A stretch of DNA of 64,000 bases from Macrostomum lignano (GCA_002269645.1 NIVC01000845.1:62001-126000); one strand, 5' to 3'; shown: positions 26,215 to 37,216, counted from the stretch's first letter. Program-made: numbers and translations. Notes: generated from the letters alone by a model not told the origin.

Positions 26215-26872
26215 TCTTCCCTCCCCTGCCTTCCCTCCCCTGCCTTCCCTCCCCTGCCTTCCCTCCCCTGCCTTCCCTCCCCAGTCTTCCCTCCCCAGTC
26301 TTCCCTCCCCTGCCTTCCCTCCCCTGCCTTCCCTCCCCTGCCTTCCCTCCCCTGCGACAAGCTGCCTTCCCTCCCCTACCTTCCCTCCCCTACCTTCCCT
26401 CCCCTGCCTTCCCTCCCCTGCCTTCCCTCCCCAGTCTTCCCTCCCCAGTCTTCCCTCCCCTGCCTTCCCTCCCCTGCCTTCCCTCCCCTGCCTTCCCTCC
26501 CCTGCGACAAGCTGCCTTCCCTCCCCTACCTTCCCTCCCCTACCTTCCCTCCCCTGCCTTCCCTCCCCAGTCTTCCCTCCCCAGTCTTCCCTCCCCAGTC
26601 TTCCCTCCCTTGCCTTCCCTCCCCAGTCTTCCCTCCCCTGTCTTTCCTCCCCTGCCTTCCCTCCCCTGTCTTCCCTCTTTCCTTCCCTCCCCAGTCTTCC
26701 CTCCCCTGCCTTCCCTCCCCTGCCTTCCCTCCCCTGCCTTCCCTCCCCTGCCTTCCCTCCCCTGCCTTCCCTCCCCTGCCTTCCCTCCCCTGCCTTCCCT
26801 CCCCAGTCTTCCCTCCCCTGCCTTCCCTCCCCTGCCTTCCCTCCCCTGCCTTCCCTCCACAGTCTTCCCTCC
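26215..26872. repeat. 14-bp satellite CTTCCCTCCCCTGC / CTTCCCTCCCCAGT, left part
   Basis: Seen directly; continues after the LTR element. Confidence 0.95.
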
Positions 26873-27052
26873 TGTGGTAGCGTGGGTCTGCTCAGTTGCT
26901 CCGCTTAGTGTAATGTACAGTGCAGGTGTACACCTGCACGCGCGCGTGTGATTGGCTGACGCTTTGTCAGACAACCTTTATTGTTGGCCAGCTATATTAA
27001 ATACAAGCTCTCTGCCTTGGGGGGGTCTTACCCCCGAAGTGGAGTTTTCACA
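26873..27052 (+). repeat. 5' LTR
   Basis: 180 bp, TG...CA, contains ATTGG (reverse CCAAT) and TATATTAAATA. Confidence 0.95.
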
Positions 27053-27083
27053 GTGGCGACGAGACTGAAACGATCCTGCGCAA

Positions 27084-29906
27084 ATGAGTAGTGCAAGTGC
27101 ACTAGGGCTTGTCGGCCCATACGAAGAAGGCTCTGAGCCGTGGCATATGTACCAAGCAAGGTTAGAACAATACCTCCCCAATCTTCCCTCCCCAATTTCC
27201 TCCTATTTTGTTGCCAATGACGTCACTGAGGAAGCGAAAAAGCGAGCAATTCTGCTGAGTTCATGCGGCAAGAAAGTCTTCCATCTGGCCTTCAGTCTTC
27301 TGTCTCCTGCACAGCCATCAGCCAAGAGCTACACCGAAATTTGTGGGGCACTGAAGAGCCATTTCGAGCCTGAGGAGTCCGAGATCGTCCATCGTTACCG
27401 ATTCTACACCAGAAATCGCAGGGAAGGTGAGGGCGTCGCTGACTTTGTCGCAGACCTCCGAGACCTGGCTCGCGACTGCAAGTTCGGCGACAGCCTGACT
27501 TCGATGCTTCGCGACAGGCTGGTGCTGGGAATCAACAACGACGGCGCTCAGCGGCGGCTGCTGGCGGAGCCCGATCTCACTCTAGCGAAGGCATTGAAGC
27601 TGGCCCTGGCCCACGAGTCCGCTGCCAAGGGCTGCCAGCTGGTGTCGGGAGCGAGTAAGCCAGATCTAGTCAGTCAGGAGTCCGTCAGCATTGTCAAGCA
27701 ACAGCAGAAGTCATCTTCGACAAGGAGGTGCTTCAGGTGCCTGTCAACGAAGCATCTCGCTAATAAGTGCCCGTTCGCCACCCAGAAGTGCTACAAGTGC
27801 TCAAAGACCGGCCACACTGCGGCTGCCTGCAAATCCCAGTCGAAGGACGATAGAAGAGAGGCTCTGCAGTTGCAGGACGGCGAGGAAAAAGACAGCTGCG
27901 AGGAGGAAACGGCCCACTCACTGTACCAACTGTCCGGCAAGCGAGTGTCGAAGGTGCCGCCGATTACAACGACGGTGCGCATCAATGGCCGACCTGTTGT
28001 CATGGAAGTGGACACCGGAGCCTCCGTGTCCCTGGTATCCTCGAAGACCTACAGGACCGTGCTCAACTCCCAGCCAGCACTGCAGCCTGCGTCCATGCAG
28101 CTGCGAACATACTCCGGTGAGAAAGTGCCAATCGAAGGCTGCATCTGCGTTGCTGTGGAAGCTGCTGAAGCACCGCCCAAGTCACTCAGCCTCCTTGTGG
28201 TCGCCGGCTGCGGATCCGACCTGCTCGGAAGAGACTGGCTGTCCGAGTTGCGGCTCGACTGGAGATCAATCAAGCAAATGGCGGCTTCTCCGGAGGTGTC
28301 GCCCAGAATGCAGCAGCTGCTCGACAAGTACAGCGATGTTTTTTCGCCTGAGCTAGGAAAGTACAACGGACCACCAGTGAGTTTGAATATGAAACCCGAT
28401 GCTCAACCTCGCTTTATGAAGGCCAGGAATCTCCCCTTTGGTGTGAAGGACAAGGTGGAGAGCCAACTGAACCGCGAGATCGAACAAGGAATCCTGGTGC
28501 CCGTGCAGCACTCCGAGTACGCATCGCCGGTGGTTCCAGTGCTCAAGTCCGACGGATCTGTGAGGGTCTGCGCCGACTTCAAGCAAACCGTCAACCCGAA
28601 CGTGGAGCCCGACTCGTATCCTCTGCCGCGGATCGAAGAGCTGTTCGCGAAGCTGACTGGTGGGCGGCTCTTCACTAAGCTCGGCTTGTCGCAGGCGTAC
28701 ATGCAGCTGCCACTCGATGAGGCTTCCCAGGAAGTCTGCACGATCAATACGCACAAAGGGCTGCTTCGGTACACTCGGCTGCCCTTCGGTGTCTCGCCAG
28801 CGGTCGGGATTTTTCAGCGCCGGATGGACTGCTTGCTGCAAGGAATCACCAGCACCGCCTGCTTCATCGATGACCTCATCATCACCGGAAAGGACGACAG
28901 CAGTCATCTGAACTCCCTGGAGCAGGTTCTGGAGAAGCTGAGCCAGAGCGGCCTCCGGTGCAAGCTGGAGAAGTGCCAGTTCATGCAGACGAGCGTCAGT
29001 TATCTCGGTCACCGCATCGATGCCGACGGCCTGCACCCGATCAAAGACAAGGTCGAGGCGATTGTCAGCGCTCCAGCTCCCAAGGACGCAACTCAGCTGC
29101 GCAGCTTCCTAGGCATGGTGAACTACTATGGCAAGTTCCTACCTAATTTGTCTCAAGTCCTGGCACCGCTGCACCTGCTGCTGCGCGAGCAACACCGCTG
29201 CACCTGCTGCTGCGCGAGCAACACCGCTGGAACTGGGGCGCTGCTCAGAACACCGCTCAGAACGGGCGCTGTCCGGCCTGTGGCCTTTGCCTCGCGTACG
29301 TTGCACGACGCTGAGAAAAACTATTCGCAGCTCGAGAAGGAAGCCCTCGCTGTAGTGTTTGCGGTCAAGAAGTTCAACGCGTACCTGTTCGGCCGCCCAT
29401 TTCTGCTGGTGGGTGACCACAAACCTCTGCTTGGATTGCTTTCTGAGAACAAGGCCGTGCCGGCCCTGGCATCTGGAAGAATTCAGAGGTGGGCTCTGCT
29501 GCTGTCTGGCTATAACTACCGCATGGTTCACCGAGCCGGAGCCTCACTGCTGTGCGCCAATGCCCTGAGTCGCCTGCCGCTGCCCGACAAGCCGAAGCTC
29601 CCGACAGTCCCGAAGCTGGCAGAGCTGGTCATGCTGATGGACCACCTGGACGATGGACCTGTCACGGCAGCTCAGATACGCGGCCTGACTCGAAGGGACC
29701 CCACACTAGCCCGAGCTCTGCACTTCACGCAAATCGGCTGGCCAGAGCGGGTCAGTGACGATCTGCTGCCATACTCCAAGAGAGCGGTTGAGCTCGGTGC
29801 GCAAGACGGCTGCCTCCTGTGGGGCGCTCGAGTGGTGGTCCCGGTCGGAGCGCGAGCTGCACTGCTCCAGGTGCTGCATCAAGGTCATGCGGGGGGTCAC
29901 GCATGA
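27084..29906 (+). pseudogene. gag-pol: gag-pol (Gag with 2 CCHC knuckles, protease, RT, partly deleted RNase H, integrase Zn finger start)
   Basis: CFRCLSTKHLANKC and CYKCSKTGHTAAAC; protease VDTGAS; RT FIDD. Lesions: KLG for KLD at 28683, 29-bp duplication at 29164-29221, RNase H deletion near 29250, frameshift near 29895. Confidence 0.9.
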
Positions 29907-30952
29907 AGACGCTAGCCCGAGGTTATTTCTGGTGGCCAGGATTAGACTCGGAGATTGAAAACCTGGCCAAGGCCTGCTCTGACTGTCAGGAGTTGCAGAA
30001 CGCCCCGGCGCCTTCGCCAATGTTGTCGTGGCCGTGGCCTGACCGACCGTGGTCTCGAGTGCATATCGACTATGCGGGTCCGGTGTCTGGCAAGATGCTG
30101 CTGGTTGTCGTCGATGCCCATTCAAAGTGGCTGGATGTGCATGTGGTGACGTCAGCGACCTCAGCTGTCACCATCCAGAAACTCCGCTCCAGCTTCGCGA
30201 CACACGGGTTGCCAGATGTGCTGGTGTCGGACAATGGGCCCAACTTGGTCAGCGAGGAGATGTCCGACTTTCTGCGGAGGAACGACATTCAGCACGTGCG
30301 CATTGCTCCCTACCATCCGGCGTCCAACGGCCTGGCGGAACGAGCTGTCCAGACGCTGAAGCGGTCCCTGGAGAAGCAGCGCGAAGGCTCCTTGGAGTAT
30401 AAGGTCGCCCGGTTCCTGCTGAGCTACCGGGTCACTCCGCATGCGACAACTGGTGTGGCTCCCTGCGAACTCCTGATGGGACGGCGCCTGTGCACGTTGC
30501 TGGATCGAGCTCGGCCAGACCTGGGAGCAAGAGTACAGCGTAAGCAAGGTCAGCAAAAAGAGCACCACGACTGCAAAGCTCGGTTCCGGACCTTCGAGAC
30601 TGACGACGCTGTACTCGCCAGAGACTTTGGAGCCAACGGAGGTCGGTGGAAGCCGGCGCGAGTTGTCGGTGCCGCCGGTCCGGCCTCCTAACTGTGCGGC
30701 TTCGATGGCGACGACCGAGTGGTGCGGCGGCACGTTGACCATGTCCGCGGTGGTCCTGAGCAGCCGCGGCCTACCGGAGCTGGCGTGACAGACGGTGCTA
30801 CCGACGCCAAGGCCGCGCCTGAGCCGAAAGCTGCGATGCCGGCCGTGGACGAGCCGCCAAACCTGGCTGCTCCTGGAGACCCTGAGATCGACGGGTCTCT
30901 GCGCCGATCGTCGCGAGTTCGACGTCCCCCGGAGCGCCTGAGCTACGGGTGA
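29902..30952 (+). pseudogene. pol: Integrase core and C-terminus, frameshifted, premature TAA at 30689-30691
   Basis: RMKTLARGYFWWPG, HIDYAGP, VSDNGP, SNGLAERAVQT (D,D35E); RRHVDH and LRRSSRVRRPPERL lie after the stop. Confidence 0.9.
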
Positions 30953-31214
30953 CGTCATCTGTGAAAGAGACTGTTTTGATTGACTGTTGAGTTCGCACGT
31001 TTAATTTTGGATTTTGAACTTTGTTATGGTTATGGTTTATTTTCCTTTATTCTGTTGTGTCGTTGCTTTCCTATCAGGCGTTTGCGTAGTTTTGGTGCTT
31101 GTTAATTATTATTTATTATTAAGTTATTAAGTTTCGAGTTATTGTTCCTCACTGAAATGTGTTGCTCTAATGTATTCTCTTGCGATCCCTGATCCCCATG
31201 TAGATGGGGAGGGA

Positions 31215-31394
31215 TGTGGTAGCGTGGGTCTGCTCAGTTGCTCCGCTTAGTGTAATGTACAGTGCAGGTGTACACCTGCACGCGCGCGTGTGATTGGCTG
31301 ACGCTTTGTCAGACAACCTTTATTGTTGGCCAGCTATATTAAATACAAGCTCTCTGCCTTGGGGGGGTCTTACCCCCGAAGTGGAGTTTTCACA
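31215..31394 (+). repeat. 3' LTR
   Basis: Identical by eye to the 5' LTR. Confidence 0.95.
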
Positions 31395-32597
31395 CCTCCC
31401 CAGTCTTCCCTCCCCTGCCTTCCCTCCCCAGTCTTCCCTCCCGTCTTCCCTCCCCTGCCTTCCCTCCCCTGCCTTCCCTCCCAGTCTTCCCTCCCCTGCC
31501 TTCCCTCCCCTGCCTTCCCTCCCCTGCCTTCCCTCCCCAGTCTTTCCTCCCCTGCCTTCCCTCCCCTGCCTTCCCTCCCCTGCCTTCCCTCCCCTGCCTT
31601 CCCTCCCCTGCCTTCCCTCCCCAGTCTTCCCTCCCCTGCCTTCCCTCCCCTGCCTTCCCCCCCTGCCTTCCCTCCCCAGTCTTCACTCCCCTGCCTTCCC
31701 TCCTCTGCCTTCCCTCCCCAGTCTTCCCTCCCCTGCCTTCCCTCCCCAGTCTTCCCTCCCCTGCCTTCCCTCCCCTGCCTTCCCTCCCCAGTCTTCCCTC
31801 CCCTGCCTTCCCTCCCCAGTCTTCCCTCCCCAGTCTTCCCTCCCCAGTCTTCCCTCCCCTGCCTTCCCTCCCCAGTCTTCCCTCCCCTGCCTTCCCTCCC
31901 CTGCCTTCCCTCCCCAGTCTTCCCTCCCCTGCCTTCCCTCCCCTGCCTTCCCTCCCCTGCCTTCCCTCCCCAGTCTTCCCTCCCCTGCCTTCCCTCCCCT
32001 GCCTTCCCTCCCCTGCCTTCCCTCCCCAGTCTTCCCTCCCGTCTTCCCTCCCCTGCCTTCCCTCCCCTGCCTTCCCTCCCCTGCCTTCCCTCCCCAGTCT
32101 TCACTCCCCTGCCTTCCCTCCTCTGCCTTCCCTCCCCAGTCTTCCCTCCCCTGCCTTCCCTCCCCAGTCTTCCCTCCCCTGCCTTCCCTCCCCTGCCTTC
32201 CCTCCCCTGCCTTCCCTCCCCTGCCTTCCCTCCCCTGCCTTCCCTCCCCTGCCTTCCCTCCCCAGTCTTCCCTCCCCTGCCTTCCCTCCCAGTCTTCCCT
32301 CCCCTGCCTTCCCTCCCCTGCCTTCCCTCTTCCCTCCCCAGTCTTCCCTCCCCTGCCTTCCCTCCCCAGTCTTCCCTCCCCTGCCTTCCCTCCCCAGTCT
32401 TCCCTCCCCAGTCTTCCCTCCCCAGTCTTCCCTCCCCAGTCTTCCCTCCCCTGCCTTCCCTCCCCTGCCTTCCCTCCCCTGCCTTCCCTCCCCTGCCTTC
32501 CCTCCCCAGTCTTCCCTCCCCTGCCTTCCCTCCCCTGCCTTCCCTCCCCTGCCTTCCCTCCTCAGTCTTCCCTCCCCTGCCTTCCCTCCCCTTCCCT
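31395..32597. repeat. 14-bp CT-rich satellite, right part
   Basis: Seen directly. Confidence 0.95.
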
Positions 32598-32684
32598 TAA
32601 CTTCAGGTTAGTTTCCTATGATAGCCACTGCAGCTCACCAGATATTCATCAATCAAAAAAGCACTCAACACTTCCATGACTCAC

Positions 32685-32985
32685 TGACAACTTTCAGGTA
32701 GAAGGCCTGCACGCTAGCGGGATGCAGGTTGGTCTTGCAGATGAAATAAGTGTCAGTGAGCTGCCGCGGCAGGTTCTCCAGCACCAGGATGCTGCTCGGG
32801 GCCACAGACATGGGGTTCAGCAGCTTGTAGGCAAACACGTTGCCACCATCAAATCGCAGCACAGTGCCGTCGGCGACTGGCTCCTCCCTGGCCGGCTGCG
32901 CCTTCGACGATGCGTTCGGCGAGTAGGAGAACCAGACCACCTGGTTGGGTTGGCGGAGGCGTCTGCTCAGCAGTGAGCTAGGATA
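32685..32985 (-). CDS. 3xIg gene exon 3 (most of V-type Ig1)
   Basis: YPSSLLSRRLRQPNQVVWFSY...ILVLENLPRQLTDTYFICKTN...AFYLKVV; acceptor GTCTCAG|TAT phase 0, donor A|GTGAGT phase 1. Confidence 0.8.
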
Positions 32986-34270
32986 CTGAGACATCTATTC
33001 TCATCAGTGAGCTAGGATACTGAGACATCTATTCTCATCAGTGAGCTAGGATACTGAGACATCTATTCTCATCAGTGAGCTAGGATACTGAGACATCTAT
33101 TCTCATCAGTGAGCCAGGATACTGAGACATCTATTCTCATCAGTGAGCCAGGATACTGAGACATCTATTCTCATCAGTGAGCTAGGATACTGAGACATCT
33201 ATTCTCATCAGTGAGCTAGGATACTGAGACATCTATTCTCATCAGTGAGCCAGGATACTGAGACATCTATTCTCATCAGTGAGCTAGGATACTGAGACAT
33301 CTATTCTCATCAGTGAGCTAGGATACTGAGACATCTATTCTCATCAGTGAGCCAGGATACTGAGACATCTATTCTCATCAGTGAGCCAGGATACTGAGAC
33401 GTCTATTCTCATCAGTGAGCCAGGATACTGAGACATCTATTCTCATCAGTGAGCTAGGATACTGAGACATCTATTCTCATCAGTGAGCCAGGATACTGAG
33501 ACATCTATTCTCATCAGTGAGCCAGGATACTGAGACATCTATTCTCATCAGTGAGCTAGGATACTGAGACATCTATTCTCAGCAGTGAGCCAGGATACTG
33601 AGACATCTATTCTCATCAGTGAGCTAGGATACTGAGACATCTATTCTCAGAAATTAGCTAGGATACTGAGACATCTATTCTCAGCAATGAGGTAGGATAC
33701 TGAGACATCTATTCTCAGAAATTAGCTAGGATACTGAGACATCTATTCTCAGAAATTAGCTAGGATACTGAGACATCTATTCTCAGAAATTAGCTAGGAT
33801 ACTGAGACATCTATTCTCAGCAATGAGGTAGGATACTGAGACATCCATTCTTAGCAGTGAGGTAGGATACTGAGACATCTATTCTCAGCAATGAGGTAGG
33901 ATACTGAGACATCTATTCTCAGCAATGAGGTAGGATACTGAGACATCTATTCTCAGCAGTGAGCTAGGAAACTGAGACATCTATTCTCATCAGTGAGCTA
34001 GGATACTGAGACATCTATTCTCAGAAATTAGCTAGGATACTGAGACATCTATTCTCAGCAATGAGGTAGGATACTGAGACATCTATTCTCAGAAATTAGC
34101 TAGGATACTGAGACATCTATTCTCAGAAATTAGCTAGGATACTGAGACATCTATTCTCAGAAATTAGCTAGGATACTGAGACATCTATTCTCAGAAATTA
34201 GCTAGGATACTGAGACATCTATTCTCAGCAGTGAGCTAGGATACTGAGACATCTATACTCAATTAGCTAG
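32966..34270. repeat. 34-bp minisatellite CAGTGAGCTAGGATACTGAGACATCTATTCTCAT (~38 copies), filling intron 2 and overlapping exon 3
   Basis: Seen directly. Confidence 0.97.
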
Positions 34271-34296
34271 GTGCTAAAGCAGATAGAGTAACTCAC

Positions 34297-34463
34297 TGGT
34301 GAATAGAAGGTCTTCTTCCAATGCTTCCCTGTTGTAAACAGATTATCAAACGAACAGGTGATGGCCTTTGTCTCGCCTTCAGCAGCGACAACGACTTCTC
34401 GGACGTACTTGTAGGGCGACCGGGCTTGAATCTGCTGCAGACTGATGCCCAGGAGGCTGCTGT
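34297..34463 (-). CDS. 3xIg gene exon 2
   Basis: DSSLLG...EVVVAAEGETKAITCSFDN...; acceptor CTGCAG| phase 1, donor CCA|GTGAGT phase 0. Confidence 0.8.
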
Positions 34464-34485
34464 CTGCAGTGAGAAAGCCAGGTGT

Positions 34486-34793
34486 CTCAGTCACCACAGT
34501 GCAATCACCTGTGTGTCTGTCTCACCCATCAAGTCATCTCAGTCACCACAATGCAATCACTTGTGTGTCTGTCTCACCCATCAAGTCATCTCAGTCACCA
34601 CAGTGCAATCACCTGTGTGTCTGTCTCACCCATCAAGTCATCTCAGTCACCACAGTGCAATCACCTGTGTGTCTGTCTCACCCATCAAGTCATCTCAGTC
34701 ACCACAGTGCAATCACCTGTGTGTCTGTCTCACCCATCAAGTCATCTCAGTCACTACAGTGCAATCACCTGTGTGTCTGTCTCACCTATCAAG
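34486..34793. repeat. 52-bp minisatellite (~6 copies) filling intron 1 and overlapping the exon 1 donor
   Basis: Unit CACCACAGTGCAATCACCTGTGTGTCTGTCTCACCCATCAAGTCATCTCAGT. Confidence 0.95.
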
Positions 34794-34864
34794 CTCGCAG
34801 AAGACTCTCCAGTTAAAATCAAAGCTGAAAAGCATGTCGCAATCAGAAGTGCTTTGTCAAACAT
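34786..34864 (-). CDS. 3xIg gene exon 1 (signal peptide); whole product ~508 aa, secreted IgLON/lachesin/amalgam-like architecture
   Basis: Not in the ORF track. MFDKALLIATCFSALILTGESSASLI then donor AG|GTGAGA in phase 1, matching exon 2. All seven junctions are phase-compatible. Confidence 0.8.
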
Positions 34865-35711
34865 TTCCTGACGAAGCCGCGCGTGACTGCCTGCAGTTCA
34901 GGGGTTCGAACAACAAAGTCAAGTAAATCCAATCGTCTTGCACAGACGCACAAAAAGTGCAACACGCAGACAACAGGGGGGATTTTTCTCCCCTCTTGGC
35001 GCCGCTCTTTTTGACTAGGTGGGCCGGCCCTATTTATTTTTCTCCTTGATGTTCAAAGGAACTAGCTTGTACGCAGGGAGGGGGTTTCGATTGGGTAGCA
35101 GCGGCGCTTTCGCCAGAATTTCAGCTTTTTTCATATCCTGGAAGCTTCTTCAGTGCCTCGGGAGTTAGCCGGGTAGACAAGAGAGGGGATGTGCTGCAAA
35201 GAAGGATCATTTGTCTGGACCGAACTAGGGGGCCCCGGATCAGACACAACCCATGCCCATCTGCTACTCACTAATAAACTAATTAAGCTTCCATGAAAAT
35301 TCTATTAAGGATTTTTTTACCTAACCAGAGTCAAGGAAATGACTTACTTTACTGCGCTGTAAACTGAGCAAGCCAGCTGGTACCAAGCGGAACTACTCAC
35401 TGAAGGGATCTGTGAGATGTTTTATGACTGGAGCCAACTCAATCAATAATTTATGCCGCTCTGCCGCAGTACCGCCAGCAGCAGCTGCTTCTGACATGCT
35501 GCTGGCCACTGAGAGTTTTCTGCATTCATCTCATGGTATTGTCGGCAACTGCGCTGCTTATCTTGATGGAGCACGACGCCATGTGACGGTAGTCAGACTG
35601 CTCCCATGTGCATTGTCATCAAGCTATTATCACTTCACTGGCACACTACTCATAGTAGAATGTTGAAGTAGTTTTTTGTTCAGACGTGTATTTCTTCAGA
35701 AATTTAAAGCT

Positions 35712-36768
35712 CCCGATCCCAGATCCCGATCCCAGATCCCGATCCCAGATCCCGATCCCAGATCCCGATCCCAGATCCCGATCCCAGATCCCGATCCCAG
35801 ATCCCGATCCCAGATCCCGATCCCAGATCCCGATCCCAGATCCCGATCCCAGATCCCGATCCCAGATCCCGATCCCAGATCCCGATCCCAGATCCCGATC
35901 CCAGATCCCGATCCCAGATCCCGATCCCAGATCCCGATCCCAGATCCCGATCCCAGATCCCGATCCCAGATCCCGATCCCAGATCCCGATCCCAGATCCC
36001 GATCCCAGATCCCGATCCCAGATCCCGATCCCAGATCCCGATCCCAGATCCCGATCCCAGATCCCGATCCCAGATCCCGATCCCAGATCCCGATCCCAGA
36101 TCCCGATCCCAGATCCCGATCCCAGATCCCGATCCCAGATCCCGATCCCAGATCCCGATCCCAGATCCCGATCCCAGATCCCGATCCCAGATCCCGATCC
36201 CAGATCCCGATCCCAGATCCCGATCCCAGATCCCGATCCCAGATCCCGATCCCAGATCCCGATCCCAGATCCCGATCCCAGATCCCGATCCCAGATCCCG
36301 ATCCCAGATCCCGATCCCAGATCCCGATCCCAGATCCCGATCCCAGATCCCGATCCCAGATCCCGATCCCAGATCCCGATCCCAGATCCCGATCCCAGAT
36401 CCCGATCCCAGATCCCGATCCCAGATCCCGATCCCAGATCCCGATCCCAGATCCCGATCCCAGATCCCGATCCCAGATCCCGATCCCAGATCCCGATCCC
36501 AGATCCCGATCCCAGATCCCGATCCCAGATCCCGATCCCAGATCCCGATCCCAGATCCCGATCCCAGATCCCGATCCCAGATCCCGATCCCAGATCCCGA
36601 TCCCAGATCCCGATCCCAGATCCCGATCCCAGATCCCGATCCCAGATCCCGATCCCAGATCCCGATCCCAGATCCCGATCCCAGATCCCGATCCCAGATC
36701 CCGATCCCAGATCCCGATCCCAGATCCCGATCCCAGATCCCGATCCCAGATCCCGATCCCAGATCCCA
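35712..36768. repeat. Perfect 12-bp minisatellite CCGATCCCAGAT (~88 copies)
   Basis: Seen directly. Confidence 0.97.
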
Positions 36769-37216
36769 GACCATATTAGATGGTGATCAACTATCAGAAA
36801 TAAACATTCAAACGTTGGTGGAATTTCCCACCATTTTGCTCATCCTCATTCTTATCAATGGCCTCAAGCCGCCTCGCCTGCTACTCTGGAAAATTCCACT
36901 CAATTAAATTCCTAATAGAATGGGATAAATTCTTTGCAGCATCACCATTCCGCTGCATCATGGCTGGGGCTACTAAATGATTGAAGAGGCATTCTGCCAT
37001 TCTGTCAGCTGGGGTTGCTGGTCTGGTGCGTCACAGGGGGCTTATGGAGGCTGTTAAAAAAGTTCAACGGACAGAAATTTCCAATCATTAAAAAAAGCCG
37101 CCACAGTGGCGCCCCGAGAAGCATTTATCTTCGGATGTTTTATGAATTCCAAGTTTTTTTTCCAATTTAATTTTTCCCAACACACACGCTGCTTGGCCCA
37201 AAGTCGGCGCTCTGAA

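Larger units (their letters stand above)
26873..31394 (+). mobile_element. Full-length Ty3/Gypsy LTR retrotransposon, Mag-like, defective
   Basis: TG...CA LTRs at 26873-27052 and 31215-31394 (180 bp, identical by eye); 5-bp TSD CCTCC; PBS TGGCGACGAG at 27054 complementary to the tRNA-Ser(GCU) 3' end; PPT ATGGGGAGGGA at 31204-31214; domain order gag-PR-RT-RH-IN. Confidence 0.97.

Noticed and set aside
32971-34270. Possible hammerhead ribozyme array (CTGATGAG on the minus strand of the 34-bp unit)
   Set aside because: No GAAA follows the putative stem II, and stems I and III cannot be formed.
35676-36786. Long RS/PD-repeat ORFs in several frames
   Set aside because: Perfect 12-bp satellite translation.
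37106-37216. N-terminal extensions of lectin copies 1 and 4 in the ORF track (also 49379-49552)
   Set aside because: They start at GTG/TTG; the downstream ATGs give proper signal peptides and align with copy 2.
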